Of a stretch of DNA of 64,000 nt, positions 1 through 12,400 are shown piece by piece. Source of the DNA: Lingula anatina (lineage: Eukaryota; Animalia; Brachiopoda). Position 1 is the stretch's first letter; the number at the start of each line of letters is the position of its first letter. The position numbers were made by a program, and so were the translations under genes. The notes beneath the pieces were generated by a model. It ran no database searches. It was not told the origin of the DNA and saw only the letters and a program-made list of their open reading frames with translations. The stretch lies in the NCBI GenBank assembly GCA_051362555.1, contig CM120645.1, forward strand, positions 1,116,001-1,180,000, given 5' to 3'.

Positions 1-3000
1 CGGGGTACCTATCATTTAGTTGATCGAGTGATGGCAGTGGCTTTCTGGTCTCATGCATGGAATGAATGTCACCGTATAAGTGAAATGTTTGAATCTTGGC
101 TTCTCATGCAATTTCTTCGTGTTTTAATGTGAAAAGGATGAAGTGGATTGCGAAATAACATTGTCATCCAACCTGCATACACGTATACGTATGTGCATAT
201 CGTGGTGTACCAGTACTTGTTTGCAAAGCGGTGGGGAGGGGGGGGGGGCTTTGGTACCAGTAGTTGTGAAAGATACAGTATTGTAAAGTAACCATAGGCA
301 TGTTTTGAAATATATGAATCGTAAATTATGTCTTTTTTGCTGGGGGCGGGGGGGTTAAATGTATCAATTGTGTTAATTTTTCTAGAAAAAAAAACATGTA
401 AACACAAAATAAGTTTTATTGCATTGGTTGGGGGTTTTGAGGAGAAGAATGTCATAAAAATGCAAGTTTAAAATAGGTGAATAATATATGTATGTGTGTA
501 TGTACATTAAATGAAACAGGCTCTTCAATGATGAGGGCATATGATAGTGATGTGGTGCTCTGACTTGCATGTGTTTTCTAATTTTTTCATGCCTTGATTC
601 AAATTGGGTTTTTGAATTATGATGGGTGTGCAACTTTGCCCAAAGTTCAGTTTCAAATGTTTTTTTAATAATCACTGTTATGAATTAAGTATAAATAGTG
701 CAGTTTAAGGTAAAGATTGTAAATATAGTGCTGTTTAAGATTGATTGTTACAGTTTACCTATTACAAAGATTGCAATAAATTATGATTAATTTCATTGTG
801 TATGTGTGTGAGCAATTGATAAATGTAGTTAGAATTTTTTTATGATATTCTTTTAAAAACTCTATTATTTATTCTAGGCTTGAATAGCATGAATGGGACC
901 AGGATTATTCCTTTTGCCGTGCAATTATCATAACAAAAGCGCCCATCATTTTGTGTGGCAATGAACACCACAACCTCTGGGATACTTCTAAGGGATGAAA
1001 AATATGTGCTCTTGCTAATATAAATAGTTATTGGTTATCAGTACATAGAAATGCAGTTTGTGAAATCAATTTAGGTTTTAACCACATGAAGTTAGTTAAA
1101 AGTGTATGTGCAACTAAGTTAACAATACATTGTTTTATTTTTACTGTGCAGGTTTTTTTATATATGTGTAGCTTATAGATAATATCTACTTATCAGAATA
1201 CAAGTAAAACAAGTTTATTCAAATGCAAATATGGATTGATACCTGGTATCACTGAAAGAAAATTAACATGACATCTTTGGGAAAATTTATGAAATTATAT
1301 TATTTGTAAAAATTCTGGTCCACTGTGTAAAGGGAAATTGTGTGTTAGATGGTTAAATATATATATGTGTACCAATCAAGTAAAGTAGCATTGAATTATC
1401 ACCTACTGGGTAATTAATGTACAATGTAATGTAAAATAACTATTTTGCAATGTACACGTCTCACTGGTAAAATATTTCAGGCTAGTTGAATTTTATGTAA
1501 AATTAAAATAAAATATATAGCAATGTGATTAAATGTAAATTGTCTTTCATTTGTTATTTTTCATATTTAATGAAAGGAATACCCTCATCAGTTGGCCTCA
1601 TGTAATAAAAAGGTTTATCTACAATGAAAAAAAATGTTAAAGTTCATTTGTATTAGCACCGTGGTAAGTGCCAAGAAAAAAATTATTTCATTGTCCCCAA
1701 TACCCAGTTGCTCTATATAAGTAATACTGTGTGAAGGACAAACTAAAACGAGACTGAAGCTCATGAGAAAGCACTAAGTCAAAGCGAGGCTTATATGCGG
1801 ATATCGTAAGTGAGAATTTTCAGGCTGACATGGCCGTGAATTGATTTGTGCCATTCACAGCTTAAGGCAAAGTTCTTTACATGCTTACATTGACAGAAAG
1901 CTGAATAAATTTTCCACAACTTGTAGTAATTTCAAGTTGTGCGGAGGCCTCTATAGGTACAAAAATCAAAATCAAAAACGAACTTCCGTAATAGCTTTAA
2001 TAAAATTTCGATTTCAAACTCATTTTTCAACATTAAATATGCTGTAGATCAACTTTTGGGTCATCTCACATTATTCGAAATTTATTTCTCAATATGACAA
2101 TGTACATATTGTAACCCCAAGTACGTTAATAGCCGAGATAATACACCGTTTATGACACCCTATAAATTTCAAAAAATATTGCCCAATTCAAATTCTCGAA
2201 CTTCCGGTTTGTTTAATAGCCACCTAGCGGCAGACCAGTGGCTCCCGGGCTGCTCTAAACATGTGTTACCCCCTTTAAATAAAGTGTATTATTATCATTT
2301 TTATTGATCATTTTACGTTTGTTTTCGGATGTTATACTGATAATGTTTGTAACATACGTAACAACAGATATTAACATTTTGAGGAGTGACGTAACGCCGC
2401 AGCAAACAGGTGCGTCCAGCTAACAATGGGCAAGGCCTACTCAGTACACCTGAAGGACAATTCAGCCATTTATTTTAACTCCATCATGGGGTTTCACTGG
2501 ACCAGTGTGATCTAACAGGCACTTCAATCACAGGTATCTCTCTATTACATGAACGCCGACACGACTCTTACAACACCTGTTTGTGCCATCAACACCGGGG
2601 ATCAAAGCGTTCTTATATAACCCATACTTAAAGGGACATTAGGCCGTGTCCAGAACTCAATCACGAGGACAGGTGATCGTTAAAAGGCGTGCAGAGGAAT
2701 GGCGATCATTCTGTAAATGATAATATGCGCTTAGCGGAACTATTTCTGCTTTAATGATTTAGTATGGGCAAATATCCCATTTTGCAAGCACTTCTATGGA
2801 CTTGAGTGCAATCTACTGGGGGTATGGGAAGTTGAACAGGAAGGGGTTCTGTATTCTGTGCGTGTCTGCCTGTGTGTGTGCGCGCGTTTACGTGTACATG
2901 GATATACACGTGTGTGTGTGCGTATACGCGTGTCATAAAAGCATATATATGAGGAATATATTCTAAAATACAAGTTCGATGTAAAACGGTTGCTATCGAG

Positions 3001-5476
3001 TCACACTTTTAAGAGTCACTTTGAAGACAAAACTCATATCAGAAATAAACCAAAAATTTGTAAACACGAGGTAGAAAGCAAATAATTCAGCACATGTGTG
3101 TGGGATGGGGGGAGAAAAAATAGAGAGAATGGTCCCATAACTTCCCACAACTGTCTGAGTTGCCATTAATTCTAAAAAGATTTTAAATGAACATCAAATG
3201 TAGTCACCCCATAAAGTGAACATAACAGATTACAAGCAGAGTGTCACATAAGTACCCAGAGGAATGAAGCAGCCACATAAGTGAACGACATCACGAAATA
3301 TACCGATCAGTTTTCGAGGTAGTAATCAGAAAGTTAGCTGGCTCAATTTTCCGTTTTCTCTTGGGGCTTACGGTGCAATTTAAATAATTTTCGACCGCAG
3401 GGTAACACAGATAGCTGGACGGATTGTGCGGTATGCAATTTTTCGTTTACGGCAATATGGCCGTCGCCAAGAAGTATGACCACAAAAGTTTATGAACAAA
3501 TTATAAAAAAAAAACGTTTTTAAGTAAATCAAAGATTAGCTAAAAGCACGTTATTGGAACCTTGGAAATTTTAAGATTTATGAGAACAAGTATTTATGTG
3601 ATGGGGGCGAGGGTTGGGGTGTCGGGGGGGGGGGGGGCAGGAGGGTAAAAACGCTGGCTCTGGAAGGTACATGTACCTCTCACGTAAAGCAGTAGACCAC
3701 GGTCTTAACGAGTGCAAACCACTTTCCTCGCTCTCTGATCCCTGAGACGAGCTCACATCACCTCTTATTTCGACCTGAATCAAAATAATCATATAGATCT
3801 CAGCTCAGGGGCAAGCTCATAAAATCTCCTCACCTAGAACGACACGGCTTTTTACGACATGCCACGCGGCTGTCACCTCCTACATACGGGTCCCTGCGCA
3901 CATTGTGTGCGCCGAGCTCTATCATATTGCGCACTTAAAAGAACAATCGGAACTAACGAAGGGAAACATCCAACAAAACTGACTGAGGTCTTATAATGGC
4001 TTATGTAAGGAAAATATGTGGGAGAATCGGGGGTGAGGTTTGTTAAATGATCTTCTTGACTCTTTTGTCGTGCGTAGAACGTGTCATATCTGAAGGAGGT
4101 TTTTGCCTCCCTGTTGTCACACGTCTAAAAATGGCATCGAATTCTAAAGCAAGACCCAATCTTCCTTGACAGTCGCCTGTCTGCTTTTAAAATTGATACT
4201 CAGATAGATGTAAACTGACAGGCGTAATTTTGTGATTATTTTTTCACTTATGATTCAAGTATTAGTTTTCTAAAGAACGATTTGTCGATACTAAAAATAA
4301 ACCACCAAGACGTGCTTGAATCCTTAAATATGGATGTTATATTTCAAAAACAAGATATCAAAAACAAATATATGTCGATTAATCTATAATCAATAAGAGA
4401 ATATAAATAAAGAAAACATGATCATTTGTCTAGATTGTCTAGATGTTTTCGTTTGTAAAACAGTCTCGATGCAGTCTGCATTTTAAAGGTTCATGTGTCC
4501 TATTCATAGCTTGAAGTACAAACCCCGCGGCAAATGTAACGTCTTTTAAAATCACTGTAATTCATCACAATCATTACAAAGGGAACCGACGGGTAAAATT
4601 GCGTACAAAACGCATAATAAGTGCCCAGAGCCAGCTTAGCGGGGCAGATGTGCTCGCTCAACCTCGGAATTCCCGAGGGTGTCCCCTCTCCTACGGGGTC
4701 CCGCTCGCAGAGGGACCTCCTGCCCACAAAAACCGCACTTTTTCATTACGGGGACACCGATATGGGTTATTACCGAGATTGATCGAGGGACAGGAACAAT
4801 GGCTTCCATACAGTTTTGTTACAGCCACAAATAATGTCACACAATGGCGGTACGATCAGCTTCAACGGCCACACACCGCTGATGGAGAAAATTATGAGAA
4901 TTTTATTCCCATACCTTCCTGTCCTTAAATTGTCAAATGTCCCGTTTGGACTAGGTTAAGACCAAAACCGGTTAGGTCCAAATCACGCCAGCAATCGAAA
5001 GAAAGATTTTACAAGGAGTTGGTTGTTTTTAGTGAAGTAGGATATTGCTGTATTGACCCCGGTCGCATAGGCATATCCAATTGCGCTTTATTATAAAATT
5101 TGCAATGGAGTGAGGTCGTCTGGTTATGCGCTTTAGACCCAAACCGGTTTGAAATTAAAACAAGTCTGAACATTGCGTCTAGAAAGTTATAATTGCTTTT
5201 GACTGACAGCGTTTGGCGTTACATTTTGTACTATGAAATAAAGTCAAATAAAAAAGTCAGTGGTTTTAAAGGTTTTGGTTTGCTTTGTTAGTGGCAGGTT
5301 ATTTTCCTTCCTGTTTTGAAACAATAAAATCAAAGCATCTTTGTCCTCTTTGATGAGTTGTCTTTCTGCGATGTTTTATTATTAGTGTTGCCCGCTTTGG
5401 TCCTGATAACCTACAGATGAAAGTAACGGAGGGAACTTGTTGAAAGGTCATGGCCGGCTGTTTTTCTATACAGATT

Positions 5477-5485
5477 CTCTCTCTT

Positions 5486-5520
<35 letters not shown>
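5477..5520. repeat. (CT)n microsatellite
   Basis: Seen directly. Confidence 0.9.
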
Positions 5521-5521
<1 letters not shown>

Positions 5522-7517
5522 AACAGCCAGACATTAATTACACCAAAGACATTTCAAGGCATGGGAAGCCAACTTCCGGAATTTTTATGCAATGACCAAT
5601 CAACATCAACAGCGCCTTATTCATTCATTCATTCATTCATTTATTCACTCATTGAAAAGAGTATATAAAAGCATTTCTAGATTTTTTGGGAAGGAAAAAT
5701 TCTATGGTACAATTCTATGTATAAACTTTAATTAGATTTCCTGAAGAGTCAAACCGAACACACAGCTTCCGGGAGCCTAGAAACCACATGGTTACATTAG
5801 CGCTGATGACACGAGCGGTTTTTGAAACAAATACGAGACTAACGTCCTCCCGAGGCATTATCTAATTAAAATCCTCTTAAAACGTCAAACTTAACCACTT
5901 GGTTCTTTGTTTAAGGTCTCTCACACCTGTTGATGCACGAGGACGACATGAATTTGAAAGGTTTTGAATGGAGGACAACTGCTGCAAATGTACACAACAA
6001 TCACCCGTGCTGCTACGCCCAATGGCGGACGATTTACGACAACAGTTTTCCACTTCCGGTGAGTAAACACCTATGTTTTACTGAGATGGAATTGAAACTT
6101 GTGTTTCAAATTGTTGAAACTATGGGTTTATACAAAAGTTGGTCCACAAAGATTGAACTGAGGAAAAGTTGACAAAAACCGGTTGCGGCAATGTTATGTC
6201 GACTGTTGCCAGGAGAATTGTTAGAAAAGTTTCAGTTATTTTGAGAGTAGTTCTTCAACCAAATTCTGGTGCGCTTATAACCAAAGACTTCAGTCTGTAT
6301 CGTTACCAAAATTTTCATTCGATACAAATTGTCACTCCCCAAACAACTGTATGAGTTTTGTTTGGTGACCAACGATATTTTTTTTTTAATTTACACCTGA
6401 TTCTTGTCATTGGTTTTCTTAGTTTTCTTTAATCAACATCACTTGGGACATTTTTCTATTTATTTTGTCTCGATTCTTTTTCAGCTATCTCACCTTAAGA
6501 TTGTCTCACTCAAAGACGAAATGTTACAAATCTGCTCGCCATTTTTTATTTTTAAAAGGAATGGGTAGTTACGGTTGTCGGAATATATGGGCATAAGAGG
6601 GCACAATATCCTCCTTCCTTTCTAAAATGAAAACGTTAGATTTTAATTATGTTTTAGGGCTTCACATTTGATGCTTGGACATAATTAAGCCAAGAAAGAG
6701 CGAAGGACCTTTCTTAGTGATGGGCCCGTCACCACTTTGCTCACATGTTAGATCCTAGGTACACCGAAGAACGCTCACGGCAGACGATCAAGATTGGCGC
6801 CTTTTTGTTAGTCTCTGTCAACTGTCGTCTGCTTCATTGAAAAATGAAGCGTTCATGTTAACGTGAGTTGTCACAGTCAGCCGACGTCGTGAGCCCTAGA
6901 CGTACGTGTCAGGGCTCATTTCTGTCTCACTTACACCTCCGCCTAAGGGCCTTCGGCTACGATTTCACAGCTAAAACTCATTAACTTCTTAATACAGCCA
7001 TCAGGCATTACTCCGATCCTGTTATTGACGGACAAACTAATACCTCGGTCCTCATGTTTACAAATATATTTTACCGGACGCTTCTCAAATGAACTCATAC
7101 GCCGACGTCTATAATGTGATTGATTGGATGGGGGCCAAATATGTCTTTATCCAGGACTGACCATTCCTGACCGTGTCACGGAGTAAAACTAGAATTATGG
7201 CCACTCCCAGTTCTTACAATTAGTCATACGACATTACTGGGTTGATGCAGCACATACCTGAATATTTTATCTGTATATATTTGTTTTTGAAATTCAAGAA
7301 GAATTTCTTTTTTTGGATAAAAAATCGGATCAGGACAAAAACAGTTGCCGTACACACAGCAAAAACCTTTTTTGTGTAGACGAATGTATATATGTAACAT
7401 GTACTTTTTATGTAACTTGCTGTGCATGTAATTTTTTTCTCGATCTGTGTACAGTAAAATTTATAGTTTTAAATATATATTTGGGTGAACTTACTTATAT
7501 TATAATACCAACGAGTT

Positions 7518-7523
<6 letters not shown>

Positions 7524-7576
<53 letters not shown>
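7524..7576. repeat. (TAA)n microsatellite next to the Wnt5 exon donor
   Basis: Seen directly; produces the poly-Leu tail of ORF 7469-7864. Confidence 0.95.
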
Positions 7577-7577
<1 letters not shown>

Positions 7578-7591
7578 GTTTGTGTACTTAC

Positions 7592-7884
7592 CCTTCTACC
7601 GGCTTCATTATTCTGCAAGTTCATCAGCATTCTCGCCAGCTCTTTCGAGAATCTCGGATGGTTCATTTCCCGTTCTCGTATATCCACGAACCCCGTGGCT
7701 AAGTTGTATCCGTACACGAGGTTATCCCCGCACCCGCCCCATATCCAGTCTCTGTGTAGGGTCTTCGGGCGCAGAGCCCCGCTACAGCCGCACTTACGGA
7801 GCTCCCCGTCTCGGCACGCTCGGCTGATGGACCATGTAACTCCCGCCGCAGATATAGCGTTCACAAATGCTGCCTCTCGACTCG
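7592..7884 (-). CDS. Wnt5: Wnt5 coding exon 3 (293 bp); the terminal coding exon is not in the window
   Basis: Translates (A)[54 protein letters not shown]...[12 protein letters not shown]. Acceptor tttcag at 7890-7885 (phase 1), donor GTAAGT at 7591-7586 (phase 0). RPKxLxRDWxWGGCGDN is typical of Wnt5. Confidence 0.96.
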
Positions 7885-9255
7885 CTGAAATAAGGATGAA
7901 ATTTTTGGTGAAAAAAAAAAAAAGTTGCCATCGTAATATTTAGATCACAAACATCTTTGATTGTGGTTGGACAAGAAACAATAAGTATTGAAACGCTAAC
8001 CGTGATTGGTCAATGTACAATAACCAATGTGACGTTGATTATCATGTAACAAGAACGGCAACTGACGTACAATGATTGGGTGAATAAACAACAATCGACG
8101 TGACAATCACTTAATAGGACAATAAACAATCAAAATGTATTTCGTTTTGACGACAAAGTGACAGATGACGTTATTCACCAACCACAGACGTAACATCATT
8201 GACAGGACGTACAATAAAACGGAAGGCTTTTTTGATAGGACAATGAAAGTACAATCGACGTAACACTCGTATTGATTGGTTAAAAAAACGACTCGTCGTA
8301 ATGATTGGGCAAGAAAGTGATTATAGACGTAACCCTGATAGCGATTGGCTAAAATACAACATATAATTTTTGTTGCTAACACTGAAACCAAGGAATCCTT
8401 ATCCAGTGGAATTCAGTCAAATAAGGGTATTCTAAAATTTAATTCGTCCAATATTTAGTAAAATTAATTAACCTTTATGTTTACAATAACTTGTAAATTT
8501 ACCACAACATCATTACTTTTTATTTTCATTTATGTATGTTTTGGTTCTAAATAATTTCTTTTGTTTTTCTGTTTCATTGAATCTTATTTATGTGACTGAT
8601 TTTAGTGTATTTGTCGTTTTAATTTAACTGATTTTAAATAATTTTGTAAAGCAATTTTATTAATCATTATCATTATTTTATTTAACTGTTTTTTAATCCA
8701 TTGAAAAGCTGGGCATCTTTAAGTTACAGATACAGTTTATCATAATTCAATCATGATAACTCAAGAAAAAAATTTAACTCAAAAACTCGTAAGCTCGTAT
8801 AGTAGTAGTAGCACGGTTGTTTTACGTGAACGCCATGAGACCTTAAGCCAAGACAAAAACAGCTTGTTGTGCAGCGGCAGCTTGGATACCAGCTGGGTTA
8901 TCGTTGGGCAAGCACGTTCACGAACGCTCGTCGTTGTTTTAACGGCGCTATTTTTATCGACTCATGCATTATTACCCTTCTCCACTTCAGTGGATAGACA
9001 AACTGCAACAGAATCCCCCCGTTTATTATGCCTGTGTTGAAACTTCAGACATTAATTGCACACCAAATTGTATTTGTAATGTTTAAGAGAACGCTTACAT
9101 AAAAACAATTTTTCTGTTTCTGTGATAATTTGTTTAAATATTTAGCGTAAGCACAAATTCACGTATTATATTGGTATAAAACGCACATACGCATATACAC
9201 AACACACGCGTGTACCTGCACAAACAGAAAGAAATGATGTTTAACTTTTTTATAG

Positions 9256-9426
9256 AGCACAACACCAATTAACCTATTTGTTTATGAAACGAAATAATAA
9301 TATTTTGTTTTTGTTTTGATAAGAAAAAAATTTCAAGCTGGAGCACAACACCTATAAATCTATTTGTTTATAAAAGGAAATCATTATGTTTTGTTTTTGT
9401 TTTGATAAGAAAAAATTTCAAGCTGG
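9256..9426. repeat. Tandem duplication, two copies of about 85 bp
   Basis: gagcacaacacc...ctatttgtttat...ttttgtttttgttttgataagaaaaaa..tttcaagctg begins at 9256 and again at 9341. Confidence 0.85.
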
Positions 9427-12400
9427 CCGGGGTGAAAGATCAGCCGCAATTTGACCGTGCCGTCGGCCACGTGTTTTTTTAAAGGAGAAACAAAATCCTT
9501 CAGCGTTCTCGGCGTAATGTTGTGACATCTTAGAGAGTGGCATTCTTGAGGCCGCTGACAGACACACGTCAAATCGAGCCCACAAAATGTGAATAATCCA
9601 CTCACAGTTAAGTTAATGTTGTATTTTTATAACCAGATCTAGTCTACCGCATACGGCTGTTAAGATGAATTCCTGGGAGGGGTGTACTTTAAGTAAGTGG
9701 ACTGTTATGCTCAACCACTTTTTTTATAGGGCTCAATACATCTAAAATGGATATCAAAGTTACACAAACTGTAATGGATAAAACTTTTTATGGAGAAGGT
9801 GCTTTTATAAATGGTCTTTCTTTTGTCATTTTAAGGTAGTGTTTAAATGAAGTAATGTAGTGGATTGGTTTTGATCAACATCGTCTGGTGGAATCTCTCT
9901 TTCTCTCCCTGTCTTACTTTGTTTCCTCCCTCTCTTCCTCCACAATCCTTTCAACAGTCAATATATATCATAATTTTCTCGCTCTCTCCAATTTCTTATT
10001 TTACTTACAATCAAATAAAAACCTACGCCTTCCAATGTCAGTTTGTAAATGCACATATGGACTCCGTGTATATGTTACTGTGTCTCTTTAATTTAATTTC
10101 CAATCTGTAAAATGCTCTTTGCAGCATACCCCCCCTTCATTAAGCACGCAAAACCCTGGCAAAAGACAACACAACGCCGGGTCGCTGTCTGTCTGTGTCT
10201 CGTAGGCATGAGACGTACATCACGTTGTCAGCGTTATGACGTAATAGACCTCGTGACACGGAGCATCTTCACATTGTTGGCTGAACTTCTGGTATTCCAA
10301 ACTCCGCATATGAGGTGGAAATCTTCGTGCTCTCCACCCTTACTCTGCACCGAATGACCTTTTTTGTCCAAGGTCTACAAAGTGTGAATTAAGTGTATGG
10401 CTGGCTATATTGGTAGCAATTACACCGTAAAGCTTTAATTCACTCAGTTTGTTATAGTCTACCAATCAATCACAGAAAAAAAAGAGAAGAGTATCAGTCT
10501 GAGAAAAGAATGTGATATATATTTTGATGGTGATATCAGGAAACGAAGCGACAGATTTATAGTAAGCCTTTTTCTTTTTTCTTTTTTCATTCATTCATTC
10601 CAAACCCAGACATAGCGTTTTGTTACAATGCGGCCAAAGATGCACGCAGGTACAACTCGATCCACAGGATTCGGAAGAAAATAAGTTAGTGTTCTTTTTG
10701 CAAGTTTCAGTTCATACTGGACAATGCTGGGAAGAACGAGGTGTCGTGATGTTAAGCGGGAGTTGTCAGTGATACAGGTAGCGATCCTAAACACCAATTA
10801 CCCTCATATCTCTACCTGGAAACCGATATCAAGATTTGATGTCAAAAACTGTCAAAACAACGTAACTCTGTCTTCGTCAACGCGCAAAGCAGGAACTCGC
10901 AGAGAGCGCGGAGAACGCGAGGACAGACGCTAGAACAGAGGAAGGCCTATCGCGCCGCGCGCGCTGCCAGTTCGGTGACGTTCCACGAAGTGACAGGTCT
11001 GGCGCGTGAGTGAATCGCTTTACAAGTTACCATTCCTCCTATTTTTCGCTTATTTGAACTTTTTCAAGGCATCAGGTAAAGCTGGGTGGGTTTCTCTTTT
11101 TCAGCCATCACGCTGAATCACCCCCGCCTGAGAGAGAGCAGAATGGGGGCCGTAAGTGGCGCGAACAACAGAATGAAAAGAAGACGCAGCATAAAAGACG
11201 CTTTGAAAGGGGTCTTCATTTAAGAACTGCTTAACGATTTCAAAGATATCTCAACCATGTAACTCTATTAAAAGATTCCAGAGAGATTTGCTGGCGAGCT
11301 GGATGTACAATGGTCGTGCTCATATCAAAGGTGACCTAGCTTTAGGCAAAGCATTATGAACCACACAGAGATATGAAGCAAAGTGAAAACGCACGGTGGT
11401 ATATAATAGCATAATAGAGAGGTGCTTTATGAAAAGAAACTGGCACGGAAAGGAGCAAGAATGCCAAGCCCCCCCCCCCCCTCCTCTACCATTGCTAGAC
11501 CACCTTACGCTATAACCCAATTCTCTATATAATCTTTAAGCAAGACGATCATAAACAGACCTTTGGTTATATGTACTGGTATAATTTATCTAAGAATAAA
11601 CTTTATGCCACGTCATACCAAACTAGTGCAAATATTCGCTAAAATGCTTTGTGATATTATTTTTTAAGTTTTAAACTTTATTTAGTCCAGCCGAGGAAAA
11701 GTGCTACAAACGTGTAAAACAAAAGGCCGTTTTGGTGGATCGTTTTGTCGTATTTAATGTATAATCATTATAATCACTCTTTTCTTATTGTCAGATTGAA
11801 TGCTTCAAATACAGAATGTCAAAATATTTCGTGATTTTATTTGAAAATGTGTAAGAGTTAGGTGCGCTTAATTTCACCTTGTTTTGGCAGTTTTCTGTGA
11901 CCAGAAACGCCTATGCAATTGCCCAGAAAATTATGCGAAACAATTCGATACTAGGCATTTCATTTCTCACTGAGAGCGGAAAAAGAACATTACACTTTAT
12001 TTGACATGCAAGGGAAATAGACAGGTAAACAAACAACAAAAATTTTTTTGAAAAGAAAAAAGTCAGTGAATGGCTTTCCATATTTTTCTCTTTAGTTTAT
12101 CTATATGAAGAATTAAAAGCACATCAAACAAGGTCAGTAAGGAGCACACCGTTAATAGACTCCTTTCCTCTCAACATAATTAGAGTCATCCGGGATAGCT
12201 AAAGTCTCGCGGTTTTGCGTAAAATCAAGCGAGATCTCGCGGGATTTGGAGGAAGGACGGGTAAAAAAACACTGGTCGACTACCAAGTTGCTACAATTTA
12301 ATTACCCAGCTTGGCTGTATGCGTATTCTACGTGTTTTCTCTCCCCTATGTTTTATTTAAGCATTATACTCTTTTTATTCATAACCTTTATTACCGTTTT

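Noticed and set aside
4500-4928. GC-rich ORFs 4599-4928 (+) and 4500-4727 (-) as the missing last Wnt5 exon
   Set aside because: No CKCHG, SGSC or C-terminal Cys pattern; no recognisable protein.
7469-7591. Poly-Leu C-terminal extension of the Wnt ORF (apparent membrane-anchored Wnt)
   Set aside because: It reads through a consensus GTAAGT donor into a (TAA)n microsatellite; intron sequence unless retention is shown.
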